Below, piece after piece: positions 42,401 through 56,597 of a stretch of 64,000 nt of DNA (positions are counted from its first letter, which is position 1; each line of letters begins with the position of its first letter). Source of the DNA: Ophelia neglecta (taxonomy: Eukaryota). A model generated the notes under the pieces. The model was not told the origin of the DNA and did no database searches. It saw only the letters and a program-made list of their open reading frames with translations. The stretch spans positions 57,598,001 through 57,662,000 of the forward strand of contig OZ260665.1 of the NCBI GenBank assembly GCA_965285935.1. Reading direction: 5' to 3'. Both the position numbers and the translations under genes were made by a program.

Positions 42401-45400
42401 GGGCGAGAAGTGATAGGGTAGGGGCCCGGGGGCAAGGAAGAGCTAGCGACCGAGGTCGAGCAAGAGCAGAGCGGACCGGCAGACGATATCGGAAACCACT
42501 CATAGACATTTGAAATTAGAAATATGACGATATTAGAAGGTGTTATGGGTGTATTTGATACCCCGGCCTATGCCCAACGACCCTAGGTTAATGTTTAGCT
42601 CGGGACTCCGTTACCGACGTTCCAACAACCAAAGAAGCTCCACGCCGCCTCGTTAACACTTCCAAGGTATACATGACAATTTATCACCATTTACGCCACC
42701 GTCCATGAAACCGTGAGAAGACTGATCATCTTTCTTTGCTATATTACCCCTCTCTGAGCAAACCGTTCATCTTTTTGCAATAATCAGACTATTCGCCACA
42801 ATATCACATTACAGCGGCACACAGGTGCAATTCCATTAAAATGTTCAACGCTCACAGATGTAGACTTCCACCACTGTTGCTGTGCCAAGAAAATGGATAG
42901 CCAGATCATGTAGGGAAACAAAGTCAAAATGAGTGAAAACATTTAAAATACAATGTCGAAGCATATCGCATTGCAGCAGTACCGAGCCATTGTGCTGCCG
43001 TGACCCACAAAAAGTGGGTGTAATCTCTTAAACACGGTCATTATCACACGGCCCATTGTTGCTCATCTTCGAAGATGCCGTGAGTAAAGGAACTTAGAGC
43101 CGGATTTTATCAAATTAGAGGCTCCCGAGGGATACGGGATCTTACCAAACCCGATTAAGCTCAATGGCACGAATCTCCTGCCTACTGGTTTAGTCAGACA
43201 AGACTGATCTGGATCCCACATCTCCTAATTGTGAGCAACAATAGTATAAGGACGTGTCTGTGTGGATGGCGGCGCAGGTTTTTGGAATGCTCCGCGGCAT
43301 TCTGCAGACGAGCACGATAGTGGTGACTTATAACCCCAACTAATGTCCACATTAAGGAAACCAGGGCCTAGAAATCGGCGATTTTATGATGCATGCGCTT
43401 ATATCGGTTGATGGGCACGCGACTGGGACCAACGCCGGGTTGAATGGGCTATAAAGGAAGAACCGTCATCCTAGAACCGGAAATGACCGGGCTTAGCCCG
43501 AAACCGGATGTGAAAATCAGCCTTTTATGAAGAAGGATGAGCCTTGCTCCAAACGACCAGTCAAATCTTAATAGATTTTTTGGTGGTGTTTTATCTTCGT
43601 AAAGGACAATTTGTAGCTTTGGCCGAATTCTGACAAATGAGTTATACTGGAACCGCGTGCAAATATCACATCCGTTATGATTACCTCCATAATCGGGCTA
43701 GCAGGGCCAGAGTCATTTTAAGTGACCATTACTTAGGACTGCATGCCAATAAGGCTATATTACTAAAAATACGAGGGAGCCCCAAGATATATATAATTAT
43801 AAATAGACAGGGAAATAGAGCATGATAAGATGGATTATAGTTGGAGCTGAACTAGAGAAATATTGACATGATTGATGTCGTCTGGTAGCCAGGAAACAGA
43901 TTGGCAATGATCGCGTCCAATGTCGGTAATATCCGTCTATACCCGTTGGTAAGTTTGGAAAAGGTGCAATGGTTATTTTGAGCATCAACAATGTAATCAA
44001 TGTCAGGGCAGTGCGTTTTCGCCACAGATTCAAGGAAGGGTATAGTAAGATTATATATAGCGTAATGCTAACTTGTTGCTCAATAAGTCTTTAAAATTAA
44101 TATTAATTCTGAAGGTCATCGAGAGAAGCCCTACTCGCATGTGTTACATTTTCGTCAAACTGTCAGCTTTAGTCAACACCATTCCATTGTTTTTACCCCT
44201 CATTTGCCACGATATGGTCCTTCTGTCAGAACCAATAGAGATTATGTTATTTTCGGGTCAAAGGCGGCTGAATAAACCAGGATTTACTCCTCAATATATC
44301 AAAATGTCTTCAAGCAGGGATCCTTACCAGACGGTCTGCCAAACTTCACCCGGGCTGCGATGATGGCTGAGCCATTACTGTCTGTTTGCTGACTCGTTCA
44401 CTGGCCTCAGGTTACTGTCATAACACAATTCTGGAAAGACCCACCACCACTAACGGCGTGACGGACTTCAATAAGGTTACACCTCCTTCCTGCTGCAGGA
44501 GGATATCGTCTGCTCTGGGGACGATTATTAAAGCTGCCACAATGGAACCTAACCGAAGGCTCATCATTTCACATGCATATTGTCTAATAATAGTAGGGCT
44601 AGCTGGTTCATGGCTTCTGCTGGGACGGATACCCTGTAGAATTTTTAAAAATTTCATCACATTAGCGCCGGTTTGAAGGACAAGAAACAGGAGAAAAACG
44701 CCAAGAGCCAAGAACTGAAGCCATCAATGAAAGCTACCAGGCGGGATCCATCAGTCTAAAATGTGCAAGCCATGTGCTGTTAAAATCGCAAGGGATCGTG
44801 TTCGATTGTTTTCGACCATTGGTGCCGTTTATTTTTCCGACCAACACTGTTATTGTATAGTACTCGAGGTTAGCTTTCAAGAAGCTATGATTACAGCGGG
44901 TACAACCAATCTCTTTGAAGTGTTTTCCTACTTATCAGTAATCAAAATAACAATATTAGCGTAGTTCAGTTAGAAATATACACAACCAAATAAAAACAAA
45001 CCGGCCAGCATGTGTGTTAGGTCCTATTAAAACGAAACGAGCAGCCAGCTACTCCCAGGAGGTTGATATAAAACGCTGATCTATCTGTATAGTCCACAAT
45101 ACCGACAGAATTACCCTATATGAAAAATCATTGATCTTATTTACAGTCAAAGCAGTTTATTGCAAAATAAACAAGGCGGCACTTTGATTAATGCCATAAG
45201 TTGCAAGCGAGTTCCTACGACTTCCGCCTGGCTGAAGACATTGGGTATTTAAGGCATATCGGAAGCCAGTGCGATCATTTGACGTTCGTCTGGTTCAATG
45301 TTGAATCAGCGTTTATAATGCCATTATAGTATTTGCTAAGGATCAGGATATGTAGACCAACATAGAATATAATTCATTTGGCGCTTTCCGGCTAAAACTA

Positions 45401-48400
45401 GCATATACATAACCTACACAAATAACTTAAATGGCATAGAACGTGGCGGAAGTCATTGGTCTCTCGGGAATACATCAAGGTAAAACATACAATATTCAAA
45501 GGAACTGGCATTGCTGGGATGCTGGCTAGCTTCAAACGGGCTCAGCGTTTAATGATTAGACATTCCTCGGGAGTATCCGGCATTCCCCGGCGTTGACCGC
45601 GTGCCTGCTCCAGCGGATACCCTAAACATCCCTAGTAATCCCACTCCTTTCAATAAGGGTCCCTGACATGAGCATTACTCACAGAGACCATTATCTGCGA
45701 GAGACAGTTTAATTCACGAACGGCACGAGAGGGCCGCCTCCGCTAACAAATAGCCTCTATTGAAGAGTTATTGAGCGGGCAGCGAGCAATTCTGGTTCTT
45801 AGTCCGGCCAAAAGGCTGAGAAAATCACGTTAGTCAAGTGGCGCAGTGAAGACGCTTCAAGCTGATCAAAGCCATCTCACAAAACTATTATACAGATTAG
45901 TTCAAACAATCTGTTATTTGCCCATGATAGCCTGGCCTTAAAGGTCGAAACTGCACAAACCTGCTAAAGATGAGCTATTGCTTGAGCTCCGGGAATCCCA
46001 GATCTAGTGAGCCAGGGGGTTAGTACCTCTCGCTCTCTCTGAGAATGATGAAGAGCAGGGAAATGGGAAATTTATGATCCTCTTCTGGTGCAGCTGCTGA
46101 CGCATTCCTACACAGCTGAAAGCATCAGTCTTCTTAGACATTGATTTGGGCAAAGCTCCGAGAGTACAGACAAAGAATTCCAACTCATAGTCACTGAGAC
46201 TCTTTTGTTGGCTCCCTTGCCCGGGTCCTTGACCTCTTGAATAGGGAACCACAAACAGACATACAACTGGAAAACTTTATTCTTTAATCTTTATTGTAAA
46301 CCTATATAGTTTTACTCTGTCACAAGTCAAGTTTATCGTTTTGTAGTGTAGCAGAATTATTTTCATTATAAATCACAATAAGATAAAAAAACCTTCGCTG
46401 AAAGTCACGTCGATGTTTACACTACATTCTTGTAGGACTTGACAATAGGTCGTATCATTAGTCTTTATGAATATTTAAACATTTCCGGCGATATTTTGTC
46501 CGTATAGGCAGAGATCCCATATAAAAGTTTATTGTTTTTAGGCCTATGTTGCAGCCATTTCCTAAACAATTGCCTTCATTGGCTGGACAAGGTTTAAAAT
46601 GCCCGAAATCCGACTTTTAATTGGAGGATTTATATCGACAACTCCGCCGCCATTTTGGAAGGAAGGAAGACCTAACCGATCTAGTTGACCGGTCTAGACC
46701 GACTCATTTTCAGCTTGCATGCCGGACAGGCGTAGATAATAAGTTGATCGATTCTCTAATGTATCATCTTGGTGTCGATCGCCGAGGTTGCGTGAAGCGT
46801 CCGTACCAGGACCGACCACCCACCCCGAGTTCGTCCTTGCTTTCTCTGGAATCCTAATACAGAATGTTCAATGGCCAATTTTCGTCTGTGTAGAACAAGA
46901 ATTTGTTCGTGCCCCCCAAATGCACCCAGTTGCTGTGTTTAACAATGAGAAACACGCGATCTTGAACAAACCAGAAACTTCACACGGTCTGGTCTTCAGC
47001 CGTCTATATTATCCGGTTATTGCTTTATTGCCCATTAAAGTCGGGTGTCCCAAGAACAGGTTTCCTAAGTACGGATATTACTTCAGCATGTTCAGTGGAA
47101 ATATAATTAGAAGGATTTTATCCAAAGCTTATTGGCTCCCCCCTAGGGAAGCAGGATGCAACTATAGTATAGCTAGGCCTATCTCCGGCTAGCTTCAGTG
47201 GCCCCATCTAAACTTAGCGTGTAATTTAAAGCATCAAGACCATGACTGAGGTATTAAACATAAAGCCCATCTTCCAATTATTTTTGTATTAGTGCAGCAT
47301 GTAAAAGCTTTATTTTCCCACAAATCACGACCGAGTTACATACGGCTTAGCATGCGCCCACACGTGAAATATAGGATGAGGATTCCATAATAATGAAACC
47401 ACGTGACATGTTCAGCTACCGAACTTGTCTGTGATGATATAGTTACATTTAGATTACCACGACCATAAGTATCTTCGGAGTATATGTAAATCATCCACTG
47501 CCAAAACGTCCAAGAATTATTCCCTCTCTTTAATGTTATTGGTAAATAAAAACACTGCTTGAATACACTGCGTGTTGCTTCTCAGCGGAGCAGTCACATC
47601 AGAATGGGCATCCCGTTTGTATCAGCATTCAATTTACCGATGTGGTACTAACCAGCGGGGCTGCAAAAACATTCAATCGTCACCAAAGGGGGCGCTCATA
47701 TACATCACAGTAAGCTCATTTACCGATACACCTGCAGGGAAACATCCGGTTCCGGCTTACATAGTTATTTCCGAGCAACCGGAAGTAGATAACGGGCTTG
47801 CCTAATATAGGCCGCATGATATTACAGACTTAATACAACAGGGCGCCGACTGAATAGTTGCTCTGTTGCCTTGAAATATGGCACATGTTCTCAAGAAGCA
47901 GATATATCTGCAAAACTATAAGCCATCCCATTGAAACCTAATGTAATTGGCTACCGAACTTATGTCACCGGAAGTGACTTGGACTTGTGCATTTCGGAAG
48001 CATGCATTGATGAAAAAGACGTACTCTTACAGAACTTCCGCAGGTGGTACGATTTCAATACTCGTAAGCGACATAAAAATGGTTATCATCATGATAATGA
48101 AGTCAGGGAGCCTTTAAAGGAAGCTTACTAACGCTCAGTTAACTGGACATGTGTATATGGACATGTTTACAGCCTTTCCACGTGCTGCATGGCAAAGCCA
48201 TTGCATGTTGCAAAGTACCCGATGACATGTCCATGTAAGCAAGAAGATTGAGAGAAGCTCCAGACATCTTGTCAGACTACAGCTGTCAGGGGCTTATCGC
48301 TGTTTATCTCCTACCAATGATCACAAGGTGACGCAACTAGTCGATAAGCACTACTCTCTCGACCAGCGTCCGGCTCTGTACATCGTAGATAAGCAAGAAC

Positions 48401-51400
48401 AAATTAATGCTTTCGTCCAATTTTCCAAAAGATGAAGGATGGCGGCAGATGGGCAGTAATCCGAACAAATAAATACAGTGCAGGTCAGAACTTTATACAC
48501 AAACCACTTGAGGGGATGCCATGTTGCGTACACAGAACGGAAAATAACTGTCAAATAGAACGCTGCGCCGGCTGCCATCGACAAATCCATGGAATCAGAT
48601 CCATACACTGAATGATCATATTATTGATTGAGTGAAATGAGTGCATTACACATGAATTACCGAAGAGATCGAGGATGATAATCTCGGAGAAACAGCGCGC
48701 CGGCCCGTTAACCCCGCGGGGAACATAGCGGGTGATAATTGATATTAACGGCTTCGTACGGCGGGGACCATGCAAGATGAGAGGCGAGAAACGACCTTAT
48801 ATACATGCGCCAAGCGCTTCGTATGGGTCAGTTTACCTAATAACAGAGACGGCATTGATTGCTAGGAGTCACATTTTATCCTCCTCCATCGTCCATTTGT
48901 TTGGAAATAATATTATTCTTGAGCCAGTATCAAGCGGTTAGCTCCTAGTAGACATGACTGCAAGGCTATTTTAACGAATATATCCGTGTATTGGCGATAT
49001 GAGGAAGAGCCCAGGAGTTTGCCGTATTTCTTGACGGTAAATGAAAAGTGGCGTAGGAGGCTGGGACGGAATGATTGAGCGTGTTTTGGATGGGTCTCAA
49101 GGGGTCTTGCTGGACCGAATGCCAACTATATTTCGATTTTCTCATTTTATGGGACGGGCAATTGCGCCGACATCGAAAATGTGGATGGGTTTGTGTGGCA
49201 AACGGCAAATAACTACTGACGTTCGGTATTTTGATGCATAAAATCAGTAATGTGGCTCACCATATCATGGGTCTGAAACCCGATGGTTCAATAACTAGAC
49301 TGTGTTCCTTCAGTTTATTAAACGCAATCAATTGAGAGCTGCCATAGTAAATACTATCGAGGAGATGGCTCGTATGTAGCTTAGTAAGTTTCTTATACAA
49401 GGACCCTGAAATTATTTAAAAACCCACTCATTTAGTATTGTGCTGCCATTGTTGTGCACGCACAATCCTTTTTGACTAAACATAGGCTTCATATTTATAA
49501 ATACATGTATATTCTCTTTAAAAATTCTGCTGTTATTGAAATTGGCATTTTTGCAAGGTAATGATTAGGTCCGTCAAGTCATAAGATACATGCATGTACA
49601 CACTACGAATCTAAGTCTAGCTAATCAAAGACGAATGGTTTCCCAAATAGATTGTGTCATGTTTTGCTTAGGCTAGGCCCTATAAAGTCGCCATATTCAT
49701 TCTTTCCTCTAGTTTACTAGTCTCCGACAATGCTCGCCCGGGGGTTTAACACTTCGCTTGAACACCGCTGAATGTCTTGCCTACTCTGTGGAGCATGCTG
49801 AAAAATTCAAGATGGCCGCGATAGGAAGAAAACAAGACAAGGGGGGCTACTTCTTTCTTAACTGGCAAACAACATAGTATGTGCCGATGACAGCACGATT
49901 ACATTGAAATCACTAGCAACCATCTTCAATGTAAATATAGTATAAGTACTTAATCTCTAAAGGGTTTTGACCTGCTGTCTCAACGGATGAGGGCGTCTTT
50001 TCTGCAGTTAATCTGATCAATATTGAACACTCTCAAGGGTCCCAATTCAGCTCCGACTTGAATCAGAAATAGATTTGGCAAACCGACCTTTTCTATCGAT
50101 CGTAATGATGTGAAAATGTGAGTTTTGATGCGCCCTGATATGCTCGTGTTTCACGTGGGTGACTTGTAATGGCGATGTAGACAGGATTCTGACATTAAAA
50201 CAACGCTATCACCCTACTTAGTGCTCTCAGCTCCGGGCTAAGGTATTCAACTCGCAATCGGAGCCTTCAATAAGGTGACCTGTGTCTTGACACTTCGATA
50301 TGCACAACCAAGTCTGTATATTGTTTGATAAGGGGCTCATAAGTTAAATGAACAAACGACATGTATACCCATAATTAGGAACAAGCAGGCAACAGAATTA
50401 TTATAATTATTGCGCTTGTGCTAGAGAGTCGAAAAGTTCATCCATGTATGGTACCGTATGGTGGCCTCACTTGACTTTAAAAGCCTATCTTGTGCCCACG
50501 TACAATACAGTACATGAGGCAATTAAGAACGAATGCCCAAATAATTATGCATGGGACACATTCTAGTTTAACAAATTTAACTTTAACATTGATGTTTTTG
50601 GAAAGTCCGCCATCTGTTACCGGTATTAACATTAGCAATACATGTACAGTAGCGAGAGGAGAATCATAATTCAAATATATCATCATTAGAATGACAGGTA
50701 ACACAGCTGAAATGTGTACAACAGGTAATGCAACTGACATTTATGCACACGGTGCATGGAGATGAACAGCTGACTTTAATAATACATGCAGCACCCAGCA
50801 TATCACCCTGTCCTCGACAAAGGCCCACCGATAACCATATTATATAGATCTACTGTGATATAGAGAGTAACACATATCAATATAGGTCTAAATGTATAGG
50901 CAAACTAGGAAAAACTTCACCCAGGTAGATTGCTTGGAGCCACTAAATCTTTATTACGAGATGTCACCAAGAGACATGTCTATGAACTTAAGGACATATA
51001 TAGACATATATACTACACAAAATGACTTGTGCATTTTTGGCACGCTTCCTCGGTCATGTCGTTTGGCAACATCAACAAACCAAACGTCGCACTGACAACA
51101 GAACTTTACAGACGACAAGAACTTTACAAAATAGTCCTTTTACAGAGTGCACAATATCCCATTTATGGTAGAGAGGGCTCCTCTCTGGTGCTATTTTCAA
51201 CCGTTAACGCCTCATTTCATCTTTTGATAAAGTGGCTTTCAACTAAAGCACAGTGACATCCTTTCGAACTTGGCTACATTCTATCACCATTGTTAAGGAA
51301 CTATTTCCAGCAATATAGCTAGTCCGCGAAGCAATTTCCTACCGTACGCCTAAGAAATACAATCTAGGGGTAAAAACATCAAAGCTAAACGGCAAATATA

Positions 51401-54400
51401 GCAGCACATATCCTGAAAGTAAATACTATTAAGATTTCATCGCAGCAGAATCTTATTAGGGCTAATTTGGCCCTTGGTGTGTGATAGTATATTCAAGGCA
51501 GACGTTACGGAGCAGGCGATTCTCTCATGGCGGCTCCAACAGTGAGACTCTGATGTACTTATCTCTCAGTCGTGTTCGTGAGCAGACTCATCAAGGCCTC
51601 GTGGTGCTCAGACGAAATGAGTAACTTATCAACTACGATCGATTGTCCATTCGCTCTTTACAGCACGCGGCACAAACGACCTATTTGTGGTAAAAACAAC
51701 AATATTCACGACATTCAAGGACCTATTATTCCACTGCCACAGGATAAATCCTAAAAGCGTGGTTAGGCAGGCTGTTTGTATACTGGAACCACGTGTGATG
51801 TGAGGGTCTCCTGTTGCTAACAGTTCTGTAGACCTGGCTACTCACGCCAATGTACTTCCATTCCGTGTCATTAGCGCATCCGACTGTCTGCCATTATCTT
51901 CTGATTGTATCTCATCTTGTGGCTCTTCGTCTTGACAATCTGGGCACTAAAGCTAACCTAATGACACCCTTGTTCTAACGCATTGCACACTTAACCGAGC
52001 AGCATTCAAACTTAATACAATTTCCCCGTCTTTGACCTCAAGCTTGATTGATAATAACTCAATTTGGGAGTTACTCAAAAGAATACACAATATCGGAGAC
52101 AGAGCTGAGATCGGCGCCGCCAATTTCTGAGCCTCTTCAAACAGAAACTATTTTAGATTACAACGTACCATTCATCAGAGATTTTTTCACATTGGAAAAA
52201 GGAACAAAAGTTGAAGGGCGCAAAGCATTTCAAACATAAAACGATAAGGACGAAATGGCGAGGTTCACAAATGTAGAAGGCAATTTCTTGTGTTACCAAG
52301 AGCGATTCCAATGATCTAACGGGCACTTTTGCTGCAAGAACCATCCGCTTGGTTATCTGGAACTTGCTTGGCCAGTTCCGATTGAGACTGTTCACTATGG
52401 GGGATGGTTTATTAGCCGCGAGAAGTTCGCACTTGGCTCTCGACCGGCCAGCGATAGAACTGTATGAGGATGTCGCGGCTATCAGCAAACCTTAGAAGAT
52501 CCCTGGCGGGCGATATCGTGTCGACTCAGACAGATAACCGAGTTGATGGATCACTCGCGCCTGCTGCTCAGCGTCCCCTGAACTCACTTACCCCAGATAT
52601 CGCTCACCCAGATTACTCAAGGTCGGTATAGTGATGGCGCTGAGAGTTCCGGAGTTAACGGGAATCAAGGGCCATATTCCACAGTGATGACAGCAGAAGG
52701 AGGTCTCACTTTTCACATTCTTTCGTGGTCGTTCCCGCCACGAACTCGGCAGAGCGCACACCCCAGACTTGGCCGGTAACACATATCTTTGTACCCGATG
52801 GAACCAGAACATAGAATCTCCGACACCCCCTGTCGTAGCAGCCTCGAATGAAGCTGATTGAAGAACCGACAAATTTCTGGCCATTTCTTCAGAGTAAGCT
52901 CGCTAAATCGCTAATATTAAACGCAGGCTGAAGACATTTGACTGAAGTACATTAGAGAGAAGTTAATAGTCGAGAAGTGTGGCGATTACGCGGATGATTC
53001 GACCAGATGTCGACAGGAACTCGGTGGAGTGGAAGTCTGGTTGGGTCTCACATGACTCTCCGATCAATACACTACTTCAACTACACTGACAAGCAAACAG
53101 TCAAAAGTTCATTCTGCAGTGTCTTAAAAATATACCCTTCCTATCCGGCGATGTGTTCAGTGAACACATCAATAAACAACCAGACAGAGAAAACAAAACT
53201 AGTACATAACATAGTGATATGGTTTATCTTAATCAATAATTCATGTAACATACAAATAAGCTTTGGCATTGTTCTTGCAGCAGCTGTTAGGAAATGAAGG
53301 ACAAATCAACATACTTTAACCTGACTTCATTCGAAGAACAAAAATAACGTGGGAATTCATAAAATTCAATGTAGGCTAAACAAATAGGACTAGTCTAGGT
53401 ATTATAAAGCTTGCTAACCTAGGGCAATAAATCTACACGGAGTTTGACAGAAAGAGGAGTTCTGCCGCAAATTCCTTCAACAGCTTGGTAGCGTTCAAAA
53501 GCCCGGATCTAATCAATGTCAAGACCAACAAGCAATATCAGCGAGATCGGTGAGAGGGAGAATGTGAGGAGAGGTAATAAAAGGCTGCTCGGGTCCGATC
53601 TGCCACGGAAAGAATGCTCCCATAAGTCATTGGAATGTCGGACCCGGGTGTCCACTTGAGGTTTGTAGGCCTATACAGGAGGAATGGTCAAAATTGTAAA
53701 TTCTGAAGTGGTCTGGAGTAGTGTTTTACCTACAGCGAAGATATAGAGCCATGATATCCTAATGAGTTGTACATATGTGGATGGCGAACGGGCAGGCTTG
53801 GTAAACATCACAAGTAGCACTTCACTTAACTGCCAAGCAAAGGCCTCATAGTAAAATCATCAAGGACCTGAGTCCATTATAGTCTGGTATAAGGTCCCAA
53901 GAAAAGTTAAGGCATAGTTGCTTAAGTGTATGCCAAATTACATTGTCTCTAGCTTTATACAATTATCACGTGGTACCATATGTAAATGTGCAACCTAGTT
54001 TGATGCCATGAATACTGGTTTCATCTGGCATTGCATCTAGCAGGTAATTTTGCCGGCTACGAAATGAAAGGAAACATCTTGTAATTTTATCTACTAGGCC
54101 TATATAAAAGAAACATGTGGCCATTTTGTCAGGTCCAATGGGAATTAAAAGCAGCCCTATAACGTGAGCACCAGTGATACATCTTTATATAACTCACGCT
54201 AATAAAATAAGGTGACCCCACCTGCCCCTCCCAGGAGAAACTGACTTGGTTGTTGGTACTGAATAAAACAAATGGAAGCTATTCTGACCTTGGTCCTGAT
54301 GTACGAGCACGGATGGCGGATCAGACCCACCTGGGAGCTGGGAGACCCGAGTGTGGCGTATTAGATATATGTAGGGATGGTCGGATGAGGGTCGGATCTA

Positions 54401-56580
54401 CTGCACCCGAGGGACACTTCGAATCCACCCCTCCTCCATTGTTACTGCAGGCTAATGTTACACTTGCAGTCTGATCAGGAATGGCCAGCCACCTTCTATT
54501 ACAGTCCCCATAGGAGCGAGGAGAGAACAGTGTTGTATAGATACTATATACTCTGGGCACTCAACGTGGCACAGGAGACCAATTCATACCTAATGTACAT
54601 AGCAACTGAATCTGCATATAGTAAGTAAATATAGGAAATACAGATTAAATTATATATGATTGATACAAGTATAGACTTAAAGTATCTAGGACTGTCAGGA
54701 ACCAATTTGGTCTGTATCCAATCTATTAGCAGCGGTCAGCCAGCAATAATAGTGTTTACTCATAACACTACGTGGCTCTTACCCCAGGAGAGCCTCAAAT
54801 AATTGGAACACTAAGGGATATATACCCTGTTCAATAGTAATTCTGTCCACCGCCCCTACAGAATTGCTACACTTGCATATTACATGGTATTTGCACAGAA
54901 ACCTGTCCTGCTATGTGTTGGTCTGACCTCGCGGGAAGCCTTGTAGGTCAACAGCAACACACTGATGCACTACGCCTAAAACAAACCGAGCAATATACCA
55001 ACATGATGAACACATCACATTAATGATAGTCCCACAAACTCTAAGTTAATAGAAATAACATTTAAACAAGTCACCAATTGACGAGAGACGGGGTAAACAT
55101 TGAACTGACGCCCTACATTAATCTTTAGAAAAACGGAGGAAATTGAAATCACATGGAGTGTTTCTTTGGTAAAGTGGAAGAATGCGGTTAAATTTCCCGG
55201 ATAGATAAGACAGGGTTGACATGACTGCCAGTTACAAAGTCTTCACACATTTATCCACTTCTTGGGTTGTTATTGGAACTTGATATGCTCCATAAAAATT
55301 GTTTTTGTAGGACGCCCAAGGACAAATCACACTTCCTTGGGTGTTCCACGTTCAGCAGCGTGATAGAGTTACCATCCACTGGACCATTTATTGCAACAAA
55401 GGCGCACATGGCATGAGCGCAAAAAAACAGGCGCTGCAATTTACAAAATGAACATTAATATGGCAAGCTGTCACGGGTGAAATATCACTCGCAAACCATT
55501 GATGGCTGGAGCGGGCCGACTGAAGGGAATAATAATGGTAGGCCTACACTTACATGTATGAACTAGTGTTGTAAACGGATTTGTTTAAGAATCTAATAAA
55601 GACCACTTCAGCAAGCCAAGTATACACTTGTTGTTCTAGCTGGGAAGCCATTACAAAACATTACATGTATGCCTCAAGTAATAATGACATTTACCACAAA
55701 AGCTTTTTCACTGGTACACGACAATGACGAGGGCTCAGTATTTTAATATGGGGCTTTTTCCAAACACTCCAGTCGGCCATCAGTAATTCAGAAGGCCTTG
55801 AGTTTTGTCAAGTTTGTAATGAAAATAGCAGACGACAGTCGCTATAATTCGGCACATCTGTCAGTTGTCCTACAGTTCTTCTGGGACTTTATTTGCGCGT
55901 CATAAAAATGTCGTCTAGCACCAATCTTCTCGTGGCCGCTACAATGTACATTCTGAAGCTGGCCTCTGCAGACACTGCAGGATCTATTAGGGATGCATGA
56001 GGTATTGTAAAGCTAATTGTATTCAATAGGTTCCCCTTGTTGACATGGGGCAATGATGAACTCCACAACAGGTTTATCTACGCCAACATTAACGACTGCA
56101 AAGAACAGGGTGGTCAGTGGGAGGAATGTGTTAAAACCACTCGTCTCCTAGGCTAGAAAAGACCACCAACTGACAGTCTACCTTGTCGGTTACAATTGGG
56201 CCGATGGCTTTGGGACAGAGAGAGGTTAACATTTTTGACTGACATAAAAATCATTCAAGAGTCTAGTCTACAGTTATGCCCGGACTTTAAGCACGCGATT
56301 ATTTGCTCAGCCAATACTTAGAACAAACCTTCTACCAGGAGGTTAATATATTCACACCGTTTGGTAAACAGCAAAAAATTAAAGAGGATGTGTGCCAGTT
56401 GTGTGGACAGGGTTAGCAGCCGACGAAAAACTGATATATCACGGCAGGTGCTATGAAAACAAGGCAGTTCTACGTCAAATGGCAAGTTTATTACCAGCTA
56501 GACAAAAACTGCCAGCAAGGGCGTAATCTTTGTCACTTTACAAAACAGTTTCTTAATAAAACCTCGGCAATCCTGCCAAT

Positions 56581-56597
56581 CCCCCCCCCCCCCCCCC
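56581..56597. repeat. C17 homopolymer
   Basis: Read directly from the sequence. Confidence 0.9.

Noticed and set aside
37341-52289. Exact 16-mer TAGAAGGCAATTTCTT at 37341 and 52274
   Set aside because: About one such match is expected by chance in 64 kb and the flanks do not align.
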